A stretch of 63,491 bases of DNA, the filler included, from Octopus bimaculoides (Eukaryota), in NCBI RefSeq assembly GCF_001194135.2. It is 5 parts of 4 records of this genome, joined end to end, with 100 filler letters (N's around TTAATTAATTAA, not from the genome) between each part and the next. Parts side by side here need not be neighbours in the genome. Positions count along the whole stretch, not along the records: positions 28,195 to 46,184 come from NC_068985.1; positions 46,285 to 57,005 come from NC_068985.1; 3 more parts are not named here. One strand, given 5' to 3'. The number at the start of each line of letters is the position of its first letter. Position 1 is the stretch's first letter. Below, one piece after another: positions 41,561 through 51,639 of this stretch. The notes below the pieces were generated by a model that did no database searches, was not told the DNA's origin, and saw only the letters and a list, made by a program, of their open reading frames with translations. A program made the translations under genes and the position numbers.

Positions 41561-42471
41561 AAGTCTATTATATTTACATTTTATTGAGGTTTTCACTGGG
41601 CCATTCATGTCTATGTATGCATGTGTGTATGCATGTATGTGTGTATGTGTCAGTGTGTGTATGTATGTATGTATGTATATTATTAAAATTATTATTAAAT
41701 CATACTTAAGGGTATCTAAGAGATACCACCATGCTAGATATAGCAGTCAAAACTTGACTCTAAAACCACATTAAATGTTCATACAGCACCAGGATGTGGA
41801 ATATTAATGACTGAATAAGATAATCTGTTACAAGCTTCATTTATGTGCACAAAACCAGTCCCAAAAACCAGTGAACCATGACAGACTGTCACAGACCAAC
41901 CAAAAATAAAATTTAAAAAATCCTTTTTAACTCTTCTTCCTTCCCACCCCAGCTAGCCAGTCATACTGTCTCTTAAGACAGTAAAACATTCCCTCAATAT
42001 ACACAAGAGAAAAAAGCCAGGTCAGTTTCTCCTCAACTTTATTCGATTGTCAAAGAATATGTATAAGAATATGTATATGTATTTTTCCATATGTGTATTT
42101 TCATACACTGTTTTTAAAATTTTCATTTTAATATCAGAGAATGTGTGATAATCAGTATGTAACAATACAAAGTTCATACAAAGCTTTATACTTTAAATNN
42201 NNNNNNNNNNNNNNNNNNNNNNNNNNNNNNNNNNNNNNNNNNNNNNNNNNNNNNNNNNNNNNNNNNNNNNNNNNNNNNNNNNNNNNNNNNNNNNNNNNNN
42301 NNNNNNNNNNNNNNNNNNNNNNNNNNNNNNNNNNNNNNNNNNNNNNNNNNNNNNNNNNNNNNNNNNNNNNNNNNNNNNNNNNNNNNNNNNNNNNNNNNNN
42401 NNNNNNNNNNNNNNNNNNNNNNNNNNNNNNNNNNNNNNNNNNNNNNNNNNNNNNNNNNNNNNNNNNNNNNN

Positions 42472-43063
42472 GTTGTCCGGAAAGTTCCTGCCGATTTGTA
42501 GCAGCTTACCTTTCGACTTATTTTAGAACATGGTTGAGTCCATAAAATAGGATTTGACTACACCTCCATTTAGAGCACAGTTTAAGCTATCTCTTCGCGG
42601 AAGAAGGTTTATATTCTTATAACCTGTGTTAATTCTGTAACCCTTTAATATGGAAGATAAGAAAATTCATTTTCGGCACTTGATGCTTTTCTCTTTCCGT
42701 AAAGGGAAAAATGCCTCACAAGCAACCAAAGGAATATGTGCGGTTTACAGTAATGTTCCTTTATCCGAAAGAACTGTACGGAAGTGGTTCGCAAGGTTCC
42801 AAGCTGGAGATTATAGCCGTATTGATAAAGAGCGATCAGGCAGACCATCCACTACAGATGATGACCAAATCAAGTCATTAATTGAGAATAACCCATGTTG
42901 CACAACCCGAGAATTGGCAGAAAGCCTCAACCTATCAAAATCCGTCGCTCATGAGCACTTGGTAAAGCTTGGGTACACAAATCGCTACGATGTTTGGGTA
43001 CCACATGAGTTGAGTGAGAAGAACGTTTTGGAAAATCGGCACGAACTTTCCGGACAAACCACT
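42472..43063 (+). mobile_element. Internally deleted mariner with both TIRs and an open N-terminal transposase ORF
   Basis: Left TIR gttgtccggaaagttcctgccgattt, right aaatcggcacgaactttccggacaa. ORF 42650+ MEDKKIHFRHLMLFSFRKGKNASQA...RSGRPST...WVPHELSEKN; catalytic D34D domain absent. Confidence 0.92.
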
Positions 43064-43739
43064 AGAGACGTTACTAAAGTGACTAAGGGTACTAGTCAGC
43101 ACCAGTATTGCTGGAAATGTGAGTCAAAGACAACCTATAGCCACAGAAAGGAGTTATCATTATGCTATTCAAAGTGGAATTTTGGATGCACGCCTATTTG
43201 AGAACTCAGAACGCATGCCCATTAAGTCTGAGTATTCTGACGAAAATTCCTCATATCCTTTATATACACATAGTGATATATATGATATATGTATAAATGT
43301 ATGTATGTATGCATATATGTGTGTGTGTGTGTGTGTGTGTATGTGTGTGTGTGCGTGTGTGTGTGTGTGTGTATACATGTATATATATGTATATATACAT
43401 ATGTATATATATATNNNNNNNNNNNNNNNNNNNNNNNNNNNNNNNNNNNNNNNNNNNNNNNNNNNNNNNNNNNNNNNNNNNNNNNNNNNNNNNNNNNNNN
43501 NNNNNNNNNNNNNNNNNNNNNNNNNNNNNNNNNNNNNNNNNNNNNNNNNNNNNNNNNNNNNNNNNNNNNNNNNNNNNNNNNNNNNNNNNNNNNNNNNNNN
43601 NNNNNNNNNNNNNNNNNNNNNNNNNNNNNNNNNNNNNNNNNNNNNNNNNNNNNNNNNNNNNNNNNNNNNNNNNNNNNNNNNNNNNNNNNNNNNNNNNNNN
43701 NNNNNNNNNNNNNNNNNNNNNNNNNNNNNNNNNNNNNTA

Positions 43740-43789
<50 letters not shown>

Positions 43790-43807
43790 AAGTGGAGAAG
43801 AAAGAAA

Positions 43808-44045
43808 AGCATGGCTCAGTGGTTAGAGCGTCGAGCTTACTATCGTGAGGTTGTGAGTTCTATTCCCGGACCAAGCTGCGTGTTGTGTTCTTGAGCAAGA
43901 CACTTCGTTTCACGTTGCTCCAGTTCACTCAGCTGTGGAAATGAATTGCGACATCACTGGTGCCAAGCTGTATCGGCCCCTTTGCCTTTCCCTTGGATAA
44001 CATCAGTGGTGTGGAGAGGGGAGGCTGGTATGCTGGCCTTCCACA
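43808..44045 (+). mobile_element. tRNA-derived SINE family C (5' part)
   Basis: A box tggctcagtgg, B box gagttctattcc, CORE-like ttgagcaagacactt. The probable 3' tail of this family (ending in (GAT)n) is at ~52985-53245. Confidence 0.75.
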
Positions 44046-44049
44046 AACA

Positions 44050-46184
44050 ACCTTGCCCGGACTTGAGCAAAAACATTTGGCATCCTTTTTTTAACAGCTC
44101 GTTTAGTGGAGCCCTTGTGTTGTGTATGTTCGGGTTACATACTTGATAGTAGTTTACCAAGCCTAAAAGTGCTTGTAACAATTTGACGTTCGTTGGGAGA
44201 GGCATATTCCGCATTGCCGTCACCCTTGATGGGTCTGGTCTTTATCCCCTTTCGTCAATTACTTGACCTAAATATTTGACTTTTTTCATCAAAAATTGAC
44301 ACTTTCCCTCTGTTAATGTAAACCCGTATTCATTTATTTTCCCGAATACTTTTTTAAGATGCTCAAAGTGTTGCTCCACTGACTCGCTCTTTATCAAAAT
44401 ATCATCGAGATAAGCGACAGCGAAGTCGCGATCATTTAACATTGCGTCCATCACTTGTTAGAAAATTGCAGGTGCCACTTTTACTCCAAAAAGAATCCGC
44501 TTGAATTTATACACACGGTGTGTGTTGATTGTTAAAAGATGTGCGCAATCTTCCTCTACCTGTATCTGTAGATAGGCCTCGAGAGGTCTAGCTTCGAGAA
44601 AATTTTTCCTCCATTTAGTTTTGGGAACATTTCTTCTGGACTTGGTAGTGGATAGTTGTGTTCGAGTAAACAGTCATTTAATCCAGCTGAAAAATCCGCA
44701 CACACTCTTAGTTTATTATTTTGTTTCTTTACATAAACCGTCAGAGCTGCCCAGTCTGAGTGGTCGACTTTTTCAATTATAACTAGACTTTCCAGCTTTT
44801 CTAACTCTTTATTCACCTGGTCCAACACCGCAAACGGCACATTCCGTTTGGGCTTTAAAATAGGTGTTGCCTCTTCTTTTCCGGTGATCCTCGCTTTTGT
44901 TTTAGTGCAACAGCCTAATCCTCCCCCACAAAAAAACATTTGGAAGTAATTTTTCAATTTTTTGTCTCAATTGTTCAACTTCATTCAAACTTTTAACCAT
45001 GCCGACTACATTTTCACAGAGAACACTAATGGAGTTATCCCACATTTTAAATAACTCCATGCATCCTGTGCCAAATAGGTTTAGTGATTTTTTCAACACA
45101 TAAATGATTGTCCTTTTCGTTTCACTTGGAAAAGTTACATTGCAAATACATTTACCGATGAAATATAATTTCTTTCTTGTAACACAATATGCTACTTTAT
45201 TTGATTTAAGTAATTTCGGCTTACTGATTTGTCGCCATGTTTCTTCATTTATGACAGAGATGTCACAACCCGTGTCTAATTGTATTTTGACACTTGTAGT
45301 TTCGATTCTTGATGAAGTTTCTGTTCGTTGTACACTACTTTTTTCTTTGATGACAAACTTTATTTTTTCTCGTTTTTTTCCCAATTTTTTGTCATCTTTC
45401 TTCAGCAATGCGATTTAATGTGTCCTGTGTTTCCACAACCAAAACACTTCGCTTTTTTGAACGGACACTCTTTTCTCAGGTACCTACCACCATATACCGT
45501 ACATGGGTTTATCTCCTGATATATATCATGTTATTTTGTGGAACGCTTTATCCGTCTCCCGACTTTTTCGCACTAGTTTTATCTGTAAACAATCTCTACG
45601 TTGGATTTCTTCTGTGTCGTACCTTACTTTTAATATCATATCGCATTCTTCTGACAGTTTCTCGAGAGTTATATCCTAGTTCATTTCCAGCTTTGCGAGA
45701 ATTTTCGCTCTAGCTTCTCCGTCTATTTTAGCAGTAAGCTCCTGAACAAAAATCAGGCACTTGAAGGAGTCTGGAGTTAGCTTATCCAGCTTAAACCTCT
45801 TTCACTCTCTGTTCACTCTATCCGCATATGTGGTAAAGTCTTCGTCATCGCTTTTCTCAGTGTTCAAACACTTCCAAGGTGTGTTGAACAACGATGTTTT
45901 CCCCTAAACATCCTACATAAAATGTCAATTGTATCCGTGAAATTTATGTCAGAAACTTTTTTAGGCAATATAAAGTTACAGTATTTCTCATGCTCTATCG
46001 TCGCCAGTTTCTTCAGAATTAGACGCGTTTTCATTTCGTCCGTCCAGTTTTAGCTTTCTTTTTTCGAAAATTTACTCAAATTTTCGTTAGTATACCTCGA
46101 ATGTGACTCTTGTTTTGAGCTCCTGTTTGAACTTCTTTCTTGGTGTGACAATGATGCCTAAGTGTCAAAAATATCTTCAAATAT
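44050..46184 (-). mobile_element. Ty3/Gypsy LTR retrotransposon gag-pol remnant
   Basis: Gag CCHC KCFGCGNTGHIKSHC, protease LDTGCDISVI, RT RVCADFS...YPLP...FSKLDLS and AYLDDILI, then FLGLVNYY-like RT/RNase H junction; many frameshifts. Confidence 0.92.
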
Positions 46185-46228
46185 NNNNNNNNNNNNNNNN
46201 NNNNNNNNNNNNNNNNNNNNNNNNNNNN

Positions 46229-46240
46229 TTAATTAATTAA
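46229..46240. other. Assembly placeholder TTAATTAATTAA in a 44N-12-44N gap (also at 8427-8438, 28139-28150, 57050-57061)
   Basis: The identical 12-mer is centred in four 100-bp N blocks and gives stop codons in all six frames; artificial. Confidence 0.9.
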
Positions 46241-46284
46241 NNNNNNNNNNNNNNNNNNNNNNNNNNNNNNNNNNNNNNNNNNNN

Positions 46285-46296
46285 AGTGGAATGCAG
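46285..46296 (-). CDS. First 12 bases of a further LDLa C-terminal-half exon (CIPL...), truncated by an assembly gap
   Basis: ccttataacag|C TGC ATT CCA CT then N. Same acceptor context and reading as the 71-bp exons; lies 973 bp from its paralog at 47269. Confidence 0.8.
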
Positions 46297-46639
46297 CTGT
46301 TATAAGGAAATTTGTTTATTTAGAAATCAACTTAAGCAATACATATGTATGTATTTTGATTTATTGCTTTTGAGAAGGAAATATTTTTTGTCTTGTTGAT
46401 GAAAGAAAATATTCATTCTAGTATGTGATCAACAGAGAGATTCATTGCATGAAAAACCAGACACACTTTCACATTAACAGTTAATATCGGTAACAGAAAG
46501 ATATGTTCAACTTTCATAAAATTATAACAAGATTTGATTTTCCTCCCCCTTCTTTATAACATACTATTGAGACATATTCATTGCTTATAAATATTAAGAT
46601 GATTAATAGGGTGAGAAAGAAAAAAATGAGTTATCTTAC

Positions 46640-46790
46640 GTCTTTGTGGCTGTACAGTACATTGCACCAACTTTACATTTCAAGGAAAGAGTTGTTGTAA
46701 CTGGAGCTTGTGTAGTTGTAACTGGAGCTTGTGTAGTTGTAACTGGAGCTTGTGTTGTTGTAACTGTAGCTTTTGTAGTTGTAACTATAT
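46640..46790 (-). CDS. Internal exon (151 bp, phase 1-2): mucin-like linker plus LDLa N-terminal half, (D)IVTTTKATVTTTQAPVTTTQAPVTTTQAPVTTTLSLKCKVGAMYCTATK(T)
   Basis: ctgtttcag|AT ATA GTT ACA ... TGT ACA GCC ACA AAG AC|gtaaga. Open frame, 21-bp repeats encoding VTTTQAP, phases match both neighbouring exons. The ORF track shows only its antisense reading (46646..46885 +). Confidence 0.88.
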
Positions 46791-47198
46791 CTGAAACAGT
46801 CAAACAAATCTTTTACCGTTTATCATTTACTTGCTTCAGTCATTTGACTAAATCCTTCAAGCAGTGCCCCAGAAAGCTTAAGTAGAGATGGGTAAGAGAT
46901 ATAAAATGCAAAGTTTATGCTTCAGCAATGCCTGAAAACTCGATCAGTCAATCACTGGGAATTTAATGAGAATGTGATACATCTCAGCTATAATTCATTA
47001 GTGATATTTACACATGCTTAAAGCTTGACCAAAACTGAGATGAAACTTTACTATCAACTATAGGTTACTTTCACAAATAATACAGAATAATTTATTTTAC
47101 ACTCTTACAGGATTGTGGCAAGCTTGTTATAATCATATTTACAAATTCAAATATAGCCACTTGCATTGAATTAAAATCATTTCAGTTATTATACATAC

Positions 47199-47269
47199 CA
47201 CAATCTTTCTCATCTTCTCCATCAGAGCAGTCATTTTCTCCATCACATTTCCAACTCAGTGAAATGCAG
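47199..47269 (-). CDS. Internal exon (71 bp, phase 2-1): LDLa C-terminal half [23 protein letters not shown]
   Basis: ttttaacag|C TGC ATT TCA CTG AGT TGG AAA TGT GAT GGA GAA AAT GAC TGC TCT GAT GGA GAA GAT GAG AAA GAT TGT G|gtatgt. The acidic Ca-binding motif (W..D..D..D..E) is intact. Confidence 0.92.
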
Positions 47270-47616
47270 CTGTTAAAATGAAATTTTGTTTATATAGAAA
47301 TCAACTTAAGCAATACATATGTATGTATTTTGATTTATTGCTTTTGAGAAGGAAATATTTTTTGTCTAATTGATGAAAGAAGATATTCATTCTAGTATGT
47401 GATCAACAGAAAAATTCATTGCACGAAAAACCAGCGATGCTTTCACAGTAACAGCTAATATAGGTAACAGAAAGATGGGTTCACCTGGTATAAAATTATA
47501 ACAAGATTTTCTTTTCCTATCACTAATTCGTAACACATATGATTGAAACATATTCATTGGTTATAAAAGTTAAGATGGTTAATAGCGTGAGAGTAAAAAA
47601 AAACAAGTTATCTTAC

Positions 47617-47683
47617 GCCTTTGATGCTGAACAATACATTTCGTTAAGTAGACAATTCAAGGAAACAGTTGTTGTAACTGGAG
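47617..47683 (-). CDS. Internal exon (67 bp, phase 1-2): short Thr linker plus N-terminal half of an LDLa module, (A)PVTTTVSLNCLLNEMYCSASK(A)
   Basis: ttttcag|CT CCA GTT ... TGT CTA CTT AAC GAA ATG TAT TGT TCA GCA TCA AAG GC|gtaaga. Supplies Cys1 and Cys2 and joins in frame to 47199-47269 to complete a six-Cys LDLa. Confidence 0.85.
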
Positions 47684-47699
47684 CTGAAAAAGTCAAACA

Positions 47700-48095
47700 A
47701 ATTTCTTACCTCTTATCTTTTACTTATTTCAGTCATTTGACTAAATCCTTCCAGCAGTGCCCCAGTCATGCTGGGGTAGTGTTTGAAGGGTTCAATCAAA
47801 TAAATTGGCTCCAATCCTTATTTTTAAAACCTCATACTAATTCTATCAGTTGATTTTGTTGTACTGCTAAATTACAGGGACATTAACAAACCAACACTGG
47901 TTGTCAAATATTGGTGGAGGGACAAACACAAAGACACATAAACACACATGTATATTATACACAATGAGCTTCCAACCATCAACTAAATCCACTCACAAGG
48001 CATTGGATGGGCTGGGGCTATAGTGGAAGGCACTTGCCGAAGGTGCCCTGTAGTGGGACTGAAGCGGAAACCATATGGCTGCAAAGCTTCTTGCA
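47700..48095 (-). mobile_element. Near full-length SINE family B inside the intron upstream of exon 47617-47683
   Basis: Head (revcomp of gtagtgggactgaagcggaaaccatatgg), CA-repeat linker, and tail ttacttatttcagtcatttgact. Confidence 0.7.
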
Positions 48096-48279
48096 GAAGA
48101 TATAAAAATGAAAAATTAGAAGGATTACTTTTGTAATTTTAGTTTAAATGGGCTTTCTATGAAGTGGCATTTATGTTTTGTGTCTCTAATGATAAAGTGT
48201 GTCATTCTGTAGTTACTGTTTCATGCACATGTCAGATTTCTCTCGTTTAAGTTAATTTCTCACTTCTGACAAGGACTGC

Positions 48280-48660
48280 ATATTATTAGAGTTGACTTCG
48301 CCTTTCATCCTTTCAGGGTCAATAAATTAAGTATCAGTGAAACACTGGAGTTGATACAGTTCTATATTTAAGAGATGAGGAATTATTTACATTATTTACA
48401 TTTGATGGATATTCGTCCTCATCTTGTTTGTTGTTAACGCAACGTTTCGGCTGATATACCCTCCAGCCTTTGTCAGGTGTTTTGGGGAAATTTCGAACCT
48501 GGGTTCTCATTCCTATCGATGTTACTATTATTATTAACAACAAACAAGATGAGGACGAATATCCGTCAAATGTAAATAATGTAAATACTGGAGTTGATGT
48601 AATCAACTTGTCCCCTTCCAACAAATTTCAGACCATGTGCCTTTAGTAGAAAGGATTATT
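48280..48660 (+). mobile_element. SINE family A interrupted by a 231-bp Penelope-type terminal fragment
   Basis: 12-bp duplication actggagttgat at 48344-48355 and 48587-48598; 54-bp inverted arms at 48384-48437 and 48534-48587. Confidence 0.75.
48436..48482 (-). ncRNA. Degenerate minimal hammerhead ribozyme (Penelope-like element terminus)
   Basis: Revcomp AACAC-CUGACAA-A-GGCUG-gaggguauau-CAGCC-GAAAC-GUU-GCGUU. Stem II is perfect and the AACGUU palindrome is present, but the core has G8>A. Confidence 0.6.
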
Positions 48661-49232
48661 AGAGTACTGTTTAGATATATGTTATGGTACACCAATTACA
48701 CACACTTGCATGCATATATATATATATANNNNNNNNNNNNNNNNNNNNNNNNNNNNNNNNNNNNNNNNNNNNNNNNNNNNNNNNNNNNNNNNNNNNNNNN
48801 NNNNNNNNNNNNNNNNNNNNNNNNNNNNNNNNNNNNNNNNNNNNNNNNNNNNNNNNNNNNNNNNNNNNNNNNNNNNNNNNNNNNNNNNNNNNNNNNNNNN
48901 NNNNNNNNNNNNNNNNNNNNNNNNNNNNNNNNNNNNNNNNNNNNNNNNNNNNNNNNNNNNNNNNNNNNNNNNNNNNNNNNNNNNNNNNNNNNNNNNNNNN
49001 NNNNNNNNNNNNNNNNNNNNNNNNNNNNNNNNNNNNNNNNNNNNNNNNNNNNNNNNNNNNNNNNNNNNNNNNNNNNNNNNNNNNNNNNNNNNNNNNNNNN
49101 NNNNNNNNNNNNNNNNNNNNNNNNNNNNNNNNNNNNNNNNNNNNNNNNNNNNNNNNNNNNNNNNNNNNNNNNNNNNNNNNNNNNNNNNNNNNNNNNNNNN
49201 NNNNNNNNNNNNNNNNNNNNNNNNNATATATA

Positions 49233-49901
49233 TACGTGGAGAAGTCAAAAGTTATCTGCACTTTTGCCATAACATATCTTTATTATTGTCACAATGCCTT
49301 CTGCTCATATGTGCTTATAGTTGGTACTATTGTAATCATGTGACTGAAGTTTGACTCTGATCATGCCATTTTTCTTTCTGGCTTTATAGTGTGAGCATGG
49401 CTGCTCCACTAATAATGTGCACCAAAGAAGAACAAAGAGCAGTGATCCAAGAGATGGTAATGGTGATCTGATTCACCATTACCATCTCTCGAACTTGCTG
49501 AATATTCTTGTCAGTGGTGGAGGTTGACAGGCATCCTGCTCCCTCTTCATGTGTCAGGCTTATCCAGCCACTTTAAACTCCACTCACTCCACTCACGCAC
49601 TTCTACATGATAGTACACTGTCCCTATATTGTGCTAAAAGCCTCTGATGAATTTCAGAAACAGACACACCTTCCAACCAGAAAAATTAAATCACTACTCT
49701 TTGCTCTTCTTTGGTGCACATTGCTTGTAGAATGGCTATGCTTACACTGTAAAGCCAGAAAGATAGCGCAATCAGGCTCAAACTTCAATCATGTGATCAC
49801 AATAGTACCAACTATAAGCCTGGATGTGCAGAAGGCAGTGTGACAACAATAAAGACAAGTTATTGTGAAAGTGTGGATAATTTTTGGCTTCCCCTCATGT
49901 A
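49233..49901 (-). mobile_element. Mariner-derived element with two convergent 5' ends (~215-bp inverted arms)
   Basis: Left tacgtggagaagtcaaaagttatctgcac...atgtgcaccaaagaagaacaaagagcagtgat; right arm is the reverse complement (tacatgaggggaagccaaaaattatccacac...MCTKEEQRVVI). The middle encodes the transposase HTH region on the minus strand. Confidence 0.88.
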
Positions 49902-49904
49902 TAT

Positions 49905-50330
49905 AAAGCGCTACATTCACACACATTTTGACTTGTGATTTCTCCAAACTTCCCACACATTCTGTACAATGGCAATTTGATCATTTTGTTGATGTGGAAT
50001 TTTACATAGTTAGTTCTTAATGCTTGCTCTTGAGCAGCACAAACAAGAGCTTCCACCAACTTCTTTCAAATCTCCCTTACTCATTCAGTCCCTTGTCATG
50101 TGTTTGTCTATCTTTCCAAAATTAGAGTCTTTATCCATATCTATTTGGAACTGTCCATGCATCACCTTGTCTTTCAACTCTGCAGCCTTCTTTTCAGCTT
50201 CATTTGTTTTGAACTCTTCAGTGTTCAAGGTCAATCTGTATGAAGCAGTTTTATTTTGATAACTGGCATGAATTGTTATGATGCAGGTAACTCTTTCCCA
50301 ATTTTCCAATAATGTCAGCTAACTTTTTCT
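49905..50330 (-). mobile_element. Dong/R4-like LINE fragment
   Basis: KDKVMHGQFQ...KGDLK...YRMCGKFGE (HGQF motif and zinc-knuckle start). Confidence 0.65.
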
Positions 50331-50841
50331 CAGTAACAGTTTTAATCTTTTTGCTCTCCAGTGCCATTGACAGTCCACCTATATACATCAAGCTATTCCT
50401 GATCCCAGAGGAAAGAAAGATAGAAATGATACCAGTGAAATTTGAACTCAGAACATTAATAAAAAGACAACTAAATATCAACATGACTATGAATTCAATG
50501 ACTATGGAAGAAAAACAGATAAGGTAAAAATTTTTTTAATATATTAGTTATGGAGATTTCACTAAAGTGGATTTAATCAGTAATATTTTATTTAACCCTG
50601 TGTGAAATGTATGAACATGTAAAGAGTATGACTTTATTCTCAATCACCTTCTATAGTTCTTGAGGCAGTAATATTTAGTATTCAGAATTGGTTGTCCTTT
50701 GGAACTTCCCAACAATTATGAACTGCTTGACACTGCAGAATTTGTGGAAGTACTGTAGAAATGATTTAACTGCCAACATAAATACCAAAGTTTTACATTA
50801 TTTACATTTGACGGATATTTGTCCTCATGCTGTTTGTTGTT

Positions 50842-50888
50842 AACACAACGTTTTGGCTGATATACCCTCCAGCCTTCATGAGGTGTCT
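50842..50888 (-). ncRNA. Second degenerate minimal hammerhead ribozyme copy
   Basis: Revcomp GACAC-CUCAUGA-A-GGCUG-gaggguauau-CAGCC-AAAAC-GUU-GUGUU. Stem I (5 bp) and stem II are intact; the core has G5>C and G12>A. Confidence 0.55.
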
Positions 50889-50959
50889 TGGAGAAATTTC
50901 AAACCTGGGTTCTCATTCCTAAGGCATTTTTCGATGTTGTTGTCGTTGTTATTATTATC

Positions 50960-51052
50960 ATTAATATTATTATTCAGGTCACTGCCTGGAATCGAACTTG
51001 CAATCTTGGGGTTAGTAGCCCATGCTCTTAACCACAACACCATATGCCTGTG
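50960..51052 (-). mobile_element. tRNA-derived SINE head (family E) abutting the Penelope-type terminus
   Basis: Revcomp ggcatatggtgttgtggttaagagcatgggctactaaccccaagattgcaagttcgattccaggcagtgacctgaataataat. Confidence 0.65.
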
Positions 51053-51639
51053 GGCAATTATGGAGTGAATTTTAGGGCTTATATTTTTCTATCCTTCCCG
51101 AATACCGATTCCCATAGTGTTTTCCGTACACCTAGGGCAGAGAAACTCGTTGTATGCATTCCCAGNNNNNNNNNNNNNNNNNNNNNNNNNNNNNNNNNNN
51201 NNNNNNNNNNNNNNNNNNNNNNNNNNNNNNNNNNNNNNNNNNNNNNNNNNNNNNNNNNNNNNNNNTATATTTACTGATCTTGTCAAATTTTTTCGCCGCT
51301 ATATTATGATCACAGAGAATACTCATGTCAATTAATTAACACGTCTTCTTTGTCTGATCTTTGATAATAATATCTTATTATTATTATTATTATAATTATT
51401 ATTATTATTATCATCATCTTCTTTCAATTCTGTTTCCCTTTCTTGCTGAGTGTCTTCCTGACACCTAGGGCAGAGAAACATACTGTATACATTGATAGGC
51501 CATTAAAATTAACACACCAGATTGTTTATTTACAAAGTCATGTGACAGAGAAAAAGGGGAAGAAAGACAGAGAGAAAAAGGAAAAAAAAGAAATAAAAAG
51601 TAAACAAAAAATAAAGGGGAAAAAGGGAAAGAAAATTCA

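Larger units (their letters stand above)
46285..47770. repeat. Tandem duplication of an exon-intron-exon unit, period ~975 bp
   Basis: 46285-46870 aligns with 47259-47765, including near-identical intron text (tagaaatcaacttaagcaatacatatgtatgtattttgatttattgcttttgagaaggaaatattttttgtc is present in both). Confidence 0.92.

Noticed and set aside
46646-46885. Plus-strand ORF with VVVTGAC repeats
   Set aside because: It is the antisense reading of the real minus-strand mucin/LDLa exon.
50648-50752. AG...GT-bounded candidate exon between the LDLa exons
   Set aside because: It contains stop codons in all three minus-strand frames.
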